This document shows positions 1 through 8,217 of a stretch of 64,000 nt of DNA, one piece after another; positions within the stretch are counted from its first letter, which is position 1, and each line of letters begins with the position of its first letter. A program made the position numbers and the translations under genes. The notes beneath the pieces are model-generated. The model worked only from the letters and a program-made list of their open reading frames with translations. It made no database searches and was not told the origin of the DNA. Source of the stretch: Candidatus Zixiibacteriota bacterium (GTDB taxonomy: Bacteria > Zixibacteria > MSB-5A5 > WJJR01); NCBI GenBank assembly GCA_036397555.1, contig DASWIS010000008.1:544206-608205 (forward strand). The letters run 5' to 3'.

Positions 1-440
1 TTCACACGCATGACAACCTCGACGGTATGAGCCGGACGCTGTCGGCATTGCGGGATCACCCGCGCGGGCTCATATTCACCAACCTGGTGGAGTTCGATAT
101 GACTTGGGGACACCGCAATGATCCGCACGGTTTTGCCGCCGCATTGCGGGGTTTTGACCGGCAGCTTGGCACGTGTCTTCCGATCTTGAACGCAGATGAC
201 GCACTCTTCATCGTTGCCGATCACGGCTGCGACCCGACAACCCCGTCGACCGATCACTCCCGCGAACTGGTGCCGTTGCTTGCCTATGGACCCGGCCTGA
301 GACGCGGTGTTGATCTGGGTTGTCGCGATACGTATGCGGATCTGGCGGCCACGATCGGGGAAGTCTTCGGAGTTCCCCACAGAGCGGCGGCGACCAGTTT
401 CCTGGGCGACATCATCCCCCGAATTGCTGAAGCCGAATGA
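1..440 (+). CDS. deoB: phosphopentomutase, C-terminal part (gene begins upstream of the window)
   Basis: ORF 27..440 is in frame with the window start. The motif TNLVEFDMTWGHRND and the C-terminal region are typical of phosphopentomutase. Confidence 0.85.
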   Translation, partial: HTHDNLDGMSRTLSALRDHPRGLIFTNLVEFDMTWGHRNDPHGFAAALRGFDRQLGTCLPILNADDALFIVADHGCDPTTPSTDHSRELVPLLAYGPGLRRGVDLGCRDTYADLAATIGEVFGVPHRAAATSFLGDIIPRIAEAE

Positions 441-453
441 TCCACACGCTCTT

Positions 454-879
454 ATGTTGATACCGGCCGACCGACTGAGCGAACTGGAGACACGCGCCAT
501 CGCGTTGGCGCGCATGGCGCAGGAATGGGCGCATGCCCCGTACTCGAACAAACTCGTCGGCGCCGCTGTGATAACTGCTGCGGGATCGATCTTCACCGGC
601 TGCAATGTTGAGAATCTGGCCGGAGAACTCGGAGTGTGCGCCGAACGCAATGCCATCGGAGCGGCAATCGCCGCCGGTCATCGTGACTTCAGCACCGTTG
701 TGGTGATCGCGCCCGATGAGCGCCTGTGGCCGCCCTGCAATCTCTGCCGTCCGGTGATCGTTGAGTTTTCCGCCAATCCCTCGGTTCTTCTGATCAGCGG
801 CGAGTCGATCTGGCGCGCACGATTCACCGAATTGGGCGATCGCCCGTTTTCCGCCGACGGGAACAGACCGAACGCATGA
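454..879 (+). CDS. cdd: cytidine deaminase
   Basis: Contains the CAERNAI and PCNLCRPV zinc-ligand motifs. The internal ATG at 454 gives ~141 aa. The upstream part of ORF 307..879 is rejected because it overlaps deoB. Confidence 0.85.
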   Translation: MLIPADRLSELETRAIALARMAQEWAHAPYSNKLVGAAVITAAGSIFTGCNVENLAGELGVCAERNAIGAAIAAGHRDFSTVVVIAPDERLWPPCNLCRPVIVEFSANPSVLLISGESIWRARFTELGDRPFSADGNRPNA

Positions 880-1169
880 AACTGGGATTTGTCGCCGGAA
901 CGCTGTGGAACGGCCGTCAGCATGCCGCGCTCGATGGCGCCAAATTGCTGGTCGTGCGCTTTGTTGATCGCGATTTGAAGCCGACCGACGACTATGCCAT
1001 CTGCGCCGACGCGGTCGGGGCCGGTGTGGGGGAGTGGGTCTTGACCGTGGCCGGTTCGTCGGCGCGACTGACCGAGCGCACGCGACGTACTGCGACCGAC
1101 AACTCCATCGTCGGAATCGTCGACCAACTCGACATCGATTCAGCGTATCGATATGTCAGCAAGCGCTAA
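876..1169 (+). CDS. bacterial microcompartment vertex (BMC-P) protein, EutN/CcmL/PduN family
   Basis: The 97 aa sequence MKLGFVAGTLW..GAKLLVVRFVD..DAVGAGVGEWVLTVAGSSAR..IVGIVD matches the EutN/CcmL pentamer consensus. ATGA overlap with cdd. Confidence 0.8.
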   Translation: MKLGFVAGTLWNGRQHAALDGAKLLVVRFVDRDLKPTDDYAICADAVGAGVGEWVLTVAGSSARLTERTRRTATDNSIVGIVDQLDIDSAYRYVSKR

Positions 1170-2019
1170 AACCGTCCCATCGCGACGCGTGCTCATCACG
1201 GCCGCCGATTTGAAAGGTGTGTCAGACCGGCTGCTTGTTCCGATCAACGCGATTATCACACCGTCCGCGCACGACCAGGCCGCCCAATCCGGTATCACCA
1301 TCATCCGTGAACAGCGCGTGACTGCTCCGTTGACCGTCAAGCCGGGCCGCCCGACACGCACTGTGACCAGTGTCGCACGTGTCATCGATCATACGAATCT
1401 GTCACCTTTGGCGACGCGTGACGACATCGCCTCGCTGTGCGGCGAGGCACGGGATTACCGGTTCGCGTCAGTCTGCGTCAGCCCGCCCCACGTTTCGGGG
1501 GCGGCATCTGAGACGCGTGGTACCGATGTCGCCGTCTGCTCCGTGGTGGCATTTCCATTGGGCGCGCATGATTCACAACTCAAGGCATCGGAAGCGCTGG
1601 AGTGTGTCAAATCGGGCGCGCGCGAAATCGACATGGTCGCCAACAGCGGGCTTTTGCATTCGGGCGAACTTCGCGCCTACTACGATGACATCGCCCTCGT
1701 CCGCCGGGCGATTGGCCGCGAAATCAAACTGAAAGTCATCATCGAAGCGCCGTTGCTCGATGAGTGCGACATCGTGCGTGCGGGTGTGCTGGCGGCCGAG
1801 GCGGGCGCTGATTTCATAAAGACTTCAACCGGAGTGTATTCACAGGCGCGCGCGACCGACGTCCACTTGCTCAAACGCGCGCTCGGTTCGCGTGTCCAGA
1901 TCAAAGCCGCCGGGGGCATCCGCGATGCCCAATCCGCCTGCGCCATGCTCGATGCGGGGGCTGACCGTCTGGGCACGTCGTCGTCGATTGCGATTATGTG
2001 GGAGTTGGGGGCGAGATAG
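1153..2019 (+). CDS. deoC: deoxyribose-phosphate aldolase with ~45 aa N-terminal extension
   Basis: IDHTNL and FIKTSTG motifs are present with a Schiff-base lysine region. The start overlaps the BMC-P gene by 17 nt. The N-terminal ~75 aa before IDHTNL is longer than in typical DeoC. Confidence 0.85.
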   Translation: MSASAKTVPSRRVLITAADLKGVSDRLLVPINAIITPSAHDQAAQSGITIIREQRVTAPLTVKPGRPTRTVTSVARVIDHTNLSPLATRDDIASLCGEARDYRFASVCVSPPHVSGAASETRGTDVAVCSVVAFPLGAHDSQLKASEALECVKSGAREIDMVANSGLLHSGELRAYYDDIALVRRAIGREIKLKVIIEAPLLDECDIVRAGVLAAEAGADFIKTSTGVYSQARATDVHLLKRALGSRVQIKAAGGIRDAQSACAMLDAGADRLGTSSSIAIMWELGAR

Positions 2020-2039
2020 TCGCGTCCGACTATTGATGG

Positions 2040-4211
2040 TCAGATCCGTCTTTTCCGCCGATTCGCGCCGGGATCATGCAGGGGACAGACTTCCATCGTG
2101 TCGGCCGAATCCAGATACACTTCCTCGTGTACGCGGTGGCATTGGTCCGACGCGCGGCGATTCGATTCATCGCAGACCGTGGTCAGGATGACGCCGTCGG
2201 GGACAGGAAAGTCGCTCGGCGGCAGATCGCGCGTGGCGAACTTCATGATCTCGGTCCAGATCGGCAGGGCGGTCGCCGATCCGGTGCCGGTGTGGTACCC
2301 GCCGATCGGCGTCTTCAGATCGTAACCGACCCAGGCTCCGCACGTCACCTGTGGCGTGGAGCCCAGAAACCAATTGTCCATGTACTCGTTCGAGGTGCCG
2401 CTTTTTCCGGCGCAGGGGCGTGTAAACCCTCTCGTACGCGCGCCCCGTCCTGTCCCGGTGGGGCCATCCATGACCGATTTGAGCACGTGCAAAACGACGT
2501 ATGCATTGGGAGATGAGAGCACTTCTTCGCGCTCGGGATTCGTGTGGTCCTCAATGACGCGTCCGAACCGGTCGACGATCTTACGGATCAGCACCGGCCG
2601 TGTGCGGATGCCCCGATTAGGAAATGTCGTGTACGCGGCGGTCAGATCGTACAGCGTGACCTCAGAGCTGCCGATCGCCAACGACGGCACCGGCTTCATC
2701 GGCGTCGTAATTCCCATCTGCTCGGCCCAGAAGACCGCCCGACGCACGTCGAGCTTGAGCAGCAGCTTGATCGCGATCAGGTTGCGCGACTCCATGTATC
2801 CCTGCCGGATCGTGATCGGCCCCTTGAACTGCCGGTCGAAGTTGTTCGGCGCCCATTCTTTTTCCGTGCCCGGAATGTTCATCACGATCGGCGAATCGTA
2901 AATCGTGTCGGAGGGCTTAAATCCCGCTTCAACGGCGGCGGTCAGCACGAACGGCTTGAATGCCGAGCCGGGCTGGCGTAGCGCCTGCGTCACACGATTA
3001 AACTGGCTCTCCTTGAAGTCGTAGCCGCCGACCATCGCCAGCACGCCGCCTGTCTCGTTGTCGATGACCGTGACCGCGGCCTGAAGCTGCTTGCGCACAC
3101 GCACCATCTCGCCGGTCGCGGTATCGCGAATCAGATACGTATAGATCGGATCGTCGGCGGGATGCCGCGCTTCAGCAACCGCACGCAGCGAATCGAGACG
3201 GACGTGAATCACCTCTTCGGCGACACGCTGCAGCGCCGTGTCGATCGTCGTGTAGATCGACCATCCCTCCGTGTACAGGGCATCGGTCCCGTATGTCTTC
3301 TCGATGTAACGGCGCACTTCCTCGGCGTAGTAATCGCCCTGCGATGCGAGGACGGTCTTCTCATTGAGTTCGACGGGTAAAATCTTTAATGAATCGAACG
3401 TCGCCTGATCGATGTCGCCGACCGTCAGAAGCGAGCGGTATACGACATTGCGGCGCTTGAGCGCCAGTTCGGGATTTCGTTTGGGCGAATACAACGACGG
3501 CGCGGGCAAAAGGCCGATCAGCACCGCGCACTCCGGCAGCGTCAATTCCGATGCATCCTTGCCGAAGTACGTCATCGAAGCGGCCTGGATGCCGTAGGCG
3601 CCGGATCCGTAGTAGTTGTGATTCAAATACATCTCGAGGATTTCATCTTTGGCGTAAGTGCGCTCCAGCTTGAGCGCCATCATCCACTCTTTGATCTTGC
3701 GTTGGACCGTCTTCTCCGGGGTCAGGAACAACTGGCGCGCCAATTGCTGCGAGATCGTCGAACCGCCCTGGGCGCGTTGCCCCTTCAGGAAATTGATGAC
3801 CACCGCGCGCATGATCGCCTGCCAGCGCACGCCCCAGTGATCGTAGAACTCGCGGTCCTCGGTGGCCAACAGCGCCCGTGTCAACTGCGGGGGCATGCTC
3901 TCATACGGGACCAGGACACGGCGCTCGGTGTAGAACTCATGGACCGGGTTGTCGTCGCGGTCGTAGACCCGTGTCACCAGACGCGGCTCAATGTTGTAGA
4001 CCGCCTCGATCGGCGGCAGCTCGCCCGCGTAACGGACAAGCGTGACCGTGATCCACCCCGCGACCAGAAACAGAACAATCACCACCGGCCACACGAACGA
4101 CGCGCGCGTCCACAGCGAACGCCGCCGGCGCATGGGTGGCGACGTCCGGAGACGGTCGGGCAGCCGACGAACCGCGTCGGCCGCGAGATGACGGTTTTGA
4201 TCGCTGGTCAC
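2040..4211 (-). CDS. mrcA: class A penicillin-binding protein 1A (transglycosylase/transpeptidase)
   Basis: Glycosyltransferase motif EDREFYDHWGV, SxxK (SAFKP) and KSGT motifs, and an N-terminal TM anchor. Confidence 0.9.
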   Translation of the reverse strand: MTSDQNRHLAADAVRRLPDRLRTSPPMRRRRSLWTRASFVWPVVIVLFLVAGWITVTLVRYAGELPPIEAVYNIEPRLVTRVYDRDDNPVHEFYTERRVLVPYESMPPQLTRALLATEDREFYDHWGVRWQAIMRAVVINFLKGQRAQGGSTISQQLARQLFLTPEKTVQRKIKEWMMALKLERTYAKDEILEMYLNHNYYGSGAYGIQAASMTYFGKDASELTLPECAVLIGLLPAPSLYSPKRNPELALKRRNVVYRSLLTVGDIDQATFDSLKILPVELNEKTVLASQGDYYAEEVRRYIEKTYGTDALYTEGWSIYTTIDTALQRVAEEVIHVRLDSLRAVAEARHPADDPIYTYLIRDTATGEMVRVRKQLQAAVTVIDNETGGVLAMVGGYDFKESQFNRVTQALRQPGSAFKPFVLTAAVEAGFKPSDTIYDSPIVMNIPGTEKEWAPNNFDRQFKGPITIRQGYMESRNLIAIKLLLKLDVRRAVFWAEQMGITTPMKPVPSLAIGSSEVTLYDLTAAYTTFPNRGIRTRPVLIRKIVDRFGRVIEDHTNPEREEVLSSPNAYVVLHVLKSVMDGPTGTGRGARTRGFTRPCAGKSGTSNEYMDNWFLGSTPQVTCGAWVGYDLKTPIGGYHTGTGSATALPIWTEIMKFATRDLPPSDFPVPDGVILTTVCDESNRRASDQCHRVHEEVYLDSADTMEVCPLHDPGANRRKRRI

Positions 4212-4371
4212 GCTGGTTTCTACACGTCTTTGGTCGGTTCCGATGCGGCGATTAGTCCCCCAGATGCGAACGTCACTCCGCGCCGCGAGACCGTCAAGGA
4301 AAAAGCCCGTGGCGCTGCGACCATGTCGCGCGTATCATGGTCAAGTTGTTCGCGTTTCGACGGTTACTGCC

Positions 4372-5619
4372 ATGGCGATGCGGCCGGTCAAAGAACAATT
4401 GGCGATCATTCGTTCCGGGACCGTCGAGGTCATCCCGGAGGATGAGCTCGAACGCAAACTCAGACGCGCCGTCTCCGAGAATCGACCGCTGCGGGTCAAA
4501 CAAGGATTCGATCCGACCGCACCCGACATCCACCTGGGGCACACGGTCGGTCTGCGCAAGCTCAAACAGTTCCAGGACCTGGGACATCAGATCGTTCTGA
4601 TCGTCGGCGATTACACCGGCATGGTCGGTGATCCGTCGGGCTGTTCCTCGACACGCCCGCAACTGACCCAAGCCGATGTGCTCCGCAATGCGGAAACGTA
4701 CCAGAATCAATTCTTCAAGATTCTCGACCGCGGCAAGACCGAGGTGCGTCGCAATGGCGAGTGGTTCGCGAAGATGTCGTTCGTCGAGATCATGCACCTG
4801 GCATCGCGCGTGACCGTCGCGCGCATCCTCGAACGCGACGATTTCGAAAAACGCTACCGCGGCGGTGATCCGGTGTCGATCCATGAACTGTTCTATCCGC
4901 TTATGCAGGCCTACGATTCGGTCGCGATCAAAGCCGACATCGAAATCGGCGGCAATGAACAAAAGTTCAATCTGCTCACCGGACGGCAGATTCAGCAGGA
5001 TTATGGCGTCGAGCCGCAAGTGATCCTCACGTTGCCGATCCTGATCGGCACCGATGGGCAACTGCGCATGAGCAAGTCGACCGGCAACTATATCGGTGTC
5101 GATGAGCCGCCCGACACCATCTTCGGCAAAACAATGTCGATTCCCGATGATCTCATCGTGTCTTACTTCGAATTGGTCACCGACTCCACGTTGGAGCGGA
5201 TCGACGAGGTGAAACAATCGCTGCGGTCGGGCGCCAATCCCCGCGACCTGAAGCTCGAGTTGGCCCGAACGCTTGTGCGGATGTATCACGGCGAGGCGGC
5301 GGCGAAGAGCGCCCGTGACGGGTTCATCCGACAGTTTTCCGAGCGGCAGGTGCCGCACGAGATCGAGCAGACTGCCATCATCTCGTCGGAGACGCACCTG
5401 CCGCTGTCGCGGATCATGGTCGAGGCGGGCGCCGCCAAAAGCACCAGCGAATCCAAACGCAAAATCGAGCAGGGCGGAGTCCGCATCATGTATGATGACG
5501 GAGACAGCGCCGATTTCACCTCATTCACCGACCCGCAGGGCACGATCGGCACCGACCGGCCGTTTGTCCTGAACGTGGGCAAACGCTTCTTTAAGCGGAT
5601 CGCATTCTCCAGGGAATAA
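4372..5619 (+). CDS. tyrS: tyrosyl-tRNA synthetase
   Basis: HIGH-type motif (PDIHLGH), KMSKS-type motif (RMSKSTGN) and a C-terminal S4-like domain. The internal ATG at 4372 gives ~415 aa. Confidence 0.9.
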   Translation: MAMRPVKEQLAIIRSGTVEVIPEDELERKLRRAVSENRPLRVKQGFDPTAPDIHLGHTVGLRKLKQFQDLGHQIVLIVGDYTGMVGDPSGCSSTRPQLTQADVLRNAETYQNQFFKILDRGKTEVRRNGEWFAKMSFVEIMHLASRVTVARILERDDFEKRYRGGDPVSIHELFYPLMQAYDSVAIKADIEIGGNEQKFNLLTGRQIQQDYGVEPQVILTLPILIGTDGQLRMSKSTGNYIGVDEPPDTIFGKTMSIPDDLIVSYFELVTDSTLERIDEVKQSLRSGANPRDLKLELARTLVRMYHGEAAAKSARDGFIRQFSERQVPHEIEQTAIISSETHLPLSRIMVEAGAAKSTSESKRKIEQGGVRIMYDDGDSADFTSFTDPQGTIGTDRPFVLNVGKRFFKRIAFSRE

Positions 5620-5630
5620 CGGGGGCACTG

Positions 5631-6744
5631 ATGGAAGGTCTCGACACAATCAACGAAAAGCTCGAACGGCTGCGGAGGTTCCTTTGACATTGATGGTCTG
5701 CGCCGACAGATCGCCGACCTCGAAGAGCAAAGTGGATCGAGCCAATTCTGGAACGATGGCCAGGCCGCGCGCAGCACGTTGAAGCAGCTCTCGCGCGCTA
5801 AGTTTTGGGTCGTCCGCTACGATTCGTTGCAGCAGCGCCTGCAGGACACCGCAACCCTCTGGGACCTCTCCGAGGAGGAAGCGGACCAATCCGCCAGGGA
5901 CGAAGCATCCTCCGAGGCCGCCAAACTCACCGGGGATGTCCGCACATTCGAGTTTCAATCGCTGCTCTCCGGCGAAGACGACCAAAACGACTGCCTGATC
6001 ACGATCCATTCCGGCGCGGGCGGGACCGAATCATGCGACTGGGCCGAGATGCTCCTGCGCATGTACACGCGGTGGATCGAGCGTCGCGGCTTCAGCTACG
6101 ACACGCTCGACTACACTCCCGGTGATGAAGCCGGAGTCCGATCGGTCACGCTCGAAGTGCAGGGCGATTTCTCCTATGGACACTTGAAGGCCGAGGTCGG
6201 CGTGCATCGGCTGGTCCGCATCTCGCCATTCGACGCCAACAAGCGCCGTCACACGTCATTCGCGTCGGTCTTTGTCATCCCCGAGGCCGGGGAAGAAGTC
6301 GTCATCGAGATCAAGGATGAGGATTTGCGCGTCGACACGTACCGCGCCTCCGGCGCAGGCGGCCAACATGTCAACAAGACCTCATCGGCCGTGCGCATCA
6401 CGCACATCCCGACCAACATCGTTGTGCAATGCCAGACCGAACGCTCGCAGCGCCAGAATCGCGAAGCGGCGATGAAAGTCCTGCGCGCGCGGCTCTATCA
6501 GCTCGAGAAAGAAAAGGCCGACGCCAAGAAAGCCGAGATGGCGAAAGCCAAGAAAAAGATTGAGTGGGGCAGTCAGATTCGTTCTTATGTCTTTCAGCCC
6601 TACCAGATGGTGAAGGATCACCGCACCGGCGTGGAGACATCGAATGTGCAGGCGGTCATGGACGGCGACATCGACGATTTCATCGAAGGGTTCCTCAGCC
6701 ACGGACAGGCCGGAGTCATGACTGTCCCGCAGGCGGAATCGTAA
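5631..6744 (+). CDS. prfB: peptide chain release factor 2, with programmed +1 frameshift at CTT-TGA-C (5682-5688)
   Basis: Frame-0 ATG 5631 reads MEGLDTINEKLERLRRFL then TGA at 5685-5687. An internal SD GGAGG lies 3 nt upstream of CTT. The +1 frame continues into the SPF/GGQ-containing ORF 5779..6744. Confidence 0.9.
5675..5690 (+). other. RF2 autoregulatory +1 ribosomal frameshift site (GGAGG-ttc-CTT TGA C)
   Basis: The sequence ggaggttcctttgac matches the canonical prfB shift site. Confidence 0.85.
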
Positions 6745-6907
6745 ACGATTGAGCTTATTGAGAGGAATTGGCCATGATTCCAATCTTTCCCTCACCCGTC
6801 CCTCCGTCCCGCGCACTGCTGTGTTCGGGACTCGGGACGACCTCTCTGCCTCGTCTTCGTATGGGACCCAGGGACACAGGGACACAGGGAGAGTTTAAAA
6901 GCTTCTG

Positions 6908-6945
6908 CTCCCTCTCCAATCGGGAGAGGGCAGGGGTGAGGGAAA
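6908..6945 (+). repeat. hairpin repeat copy A (CCTCTCC-aatc-GGGAGAGG + GGGGTGAGGG)
   Basis: One of three near-identical copies (the others are 21902-21936 and 43065-43101). Lies intergenic between prfB and pta. A possible pairing partner CCCTCACCC sits upstream at 6785-6793. Confidence 0.65.
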
Positions 6946-7032
6946 CCGCAGCCGTACCCAAAGCGAGATCATGAGACCGAGTCCATGTCGCACACAGCAC
7001 CATCGTCACTGGATGAAGAGGCGACCGACAAT

Positions 7033-8037
7033 ATGATGAATCCCCTGCAACACATCCGCGAGCGGGCGCGACGGATCAAAGCGCGCATCGTCCTGCCCGA
7101 GGGGACCGATCCCCGCGTGATCATGGCCGCGCGATCGCTCGCGTCCGAAGAAATCGCGCAGGTCACGTTGCTGGGCGATGAACGCGCTGTTCGTCAAGCC
7201 GCCGAAGCCGAACACTTGTCTCTGCGCAAAGTGACCATCATCGATCCGGCGTTGTCGCCGCAATTGGCCGAGTATGCCGCCGAACTGCGCAAGCTGCGTC
7301 CCGACCAATTCCCGACCGACGACACGGCGCGCACACAAGCGGCCGACATCCTCTGGTATGGAGCGCTCATGGTGCGCACCGGCGCGGCCGATGGCATGGT
7401 CGGCGGTGCGGCGCACACCACCAGCGATCTGTTGCGCGCGGCGCTGCGGGTGGTCGGGCTGGCGCCGGGGATCAAGACCGTGTCGGGATACTTCTTCATG
7501 GTCTTCCCGCGATTCAACGACGAACTCAACAAGGTCTTCATCTTCGCCGACTCGGGTGTGGTGCCCGATCCCGATGCCGCGCAGCTTGCCGACATTGCGA
7601 TTTCCTCGGCGGGTGCGTATCGATTGCTCACCGGCGATGAACCGCGTGTGGCGCTGCTCTCGTTTTCGACCAAAGGCTCAGCGAAACATCCGATGCTCGA
7701 CAAGATCACCGAGGCGCTCTCGCTGATCCGTCGGCGCGATTCGGCGCTAATCTGCGATGGCGAGTTGCAGCTTGATGCGGCGCTTGTCCCCTCGGTGGCG
7801 CGCAGCAAAGACCCCGACGGCATGATTGCGGGCAAGGCCAATGTCCTGATCTTCCCCGACTTGAACTCCGGCAACATCGCCTACAAACTCGCCGAACGGA
7901 TGGCGGGCGCCAAGGCGGTCGGCCCGCTCTTGTCGGGTCTGGCCAAACCGGTCAACGATCTCTCGCGCGGCTGCTCCGCCGAAGACATCGTCAACGCCGT
8001 CGCCGTCGCCGCGGTGACCTCCCGGCCCGGGCGATAG
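7033..8037 (+). CDS. pta: phosphate acetyltransferase
   Basis: Full-length similarity to Pta (RIVLPEG..., SGN..AYK, C-terminal VNDLSRGCSAEDIVNAV). The start is taken at MMNPLQHIRERA. Confidence 0.85.
   Translation: MMNPLQHIRERARRIKARIVLPEGTDPRVIMAARSLASEEIAQVTLLGDERAVRQAAEAEHLSLRKVTIIDPALSPQLAEYAAELRKLRPDQFPTDDTARTQAADILWYGALMVRTGAADGMVGGAAHTTSDLLRAALRVVGLAPGIKTVSGYFFMVFPRFNDELNKVFIFADSGVVPDPDAAQLADIAISSAGAYRLLTGDEPRVALLSFSTKGSAKHPMLDKITEALSLIRRRDSALICDGELQLDAALVPSVARSKDPDGMIAGKANVLIFPDLNSGNIAYKLAERMAGAKAVGPLLSGLAKPVNDLSRGCSAEDIVNAVAVAAVTSRPGR
7949..8014 (+). repeat. direct repeat copy 1 (pta 3' end), matches 11583-11648
   Basis: 66 bp identical except for one mismatch to the downstream copy. 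Confidence 0.8.
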
Positions 8038-8112
8038 CTGTCCTTGGGCCTCCGCATGCGTCGCTGAGGCAGAACTGTCAGAATGTGGGACCAGTCTTCC
8101 CCGAATAGAAAA

Positions 8113-8128
8113 GTTAGGTTGACCTAAC
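8113..8128 (+). promoter_or_regulatory. palindromic operator-like site GTTAGGT-tg-ACCTAAC overlapping a -35 box
   Basis: Perfect 7+7 inverted repeat. Resembles the DtxR/IdeR iron-box half-sites TTAGGTTAG/CTAACCTAA. Confidence 0.5.
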
Positions 8129-8147
8129 AATCGTCTGGCGCTATGAT
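8119..8147 (+). promoter_or_regulatory. σ70-like promoter (-35 TTGACC, 17 bp spacer, -10 TATGAT)
   Basis: TTGACC at 8119-8124 and TATGAT at 8142-8147. Sits ~70 bp upstream of the OMP gene start. Confidence 0.5.
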
Positions 8148-8175
8148 CGCCGCGGGTTTTTCCGAAGGAACTAAC

Positions 8176-8189
8176 TTAGGCGCACCTAA
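8176..8189 (+). promoter_or_regulatory. second palindromic site TTAGG-cgca-CCTAA in the 5'UTR
   Basis: Shares the TTAGG/CCTAA half-sites with 8113-8128. Lies ~30 bp upstream of ATG 8218. Confidence 0.45.
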
Positions 8190-8217
8190 CTTTCAATCCG
8201 CCAAGGGGACATATCAA

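Noticed and set aside
307-453. N-terminal 49 codons of ORF 307..879
   Set aside because: Overlaps the deoB 3' end; the internal ATG at 454 gives a normal-length cytidine deaminase.
4212-4371. Possible T-box leader upstream of tyrS
   Set aside because: No T-box consensus or specifier/antiterminator architecture is visible, and the organism is a diderm where T-boxes are uncommon.
4294-5397. 367 aa ORF antisense to tyrS
   Set aside because: Lies entirely inside the well-supported tyrS gene on the opposite strand, has an Arg/Gly/Asp-rich low-complexity translation, and is a typical high-GC shadow ORF.
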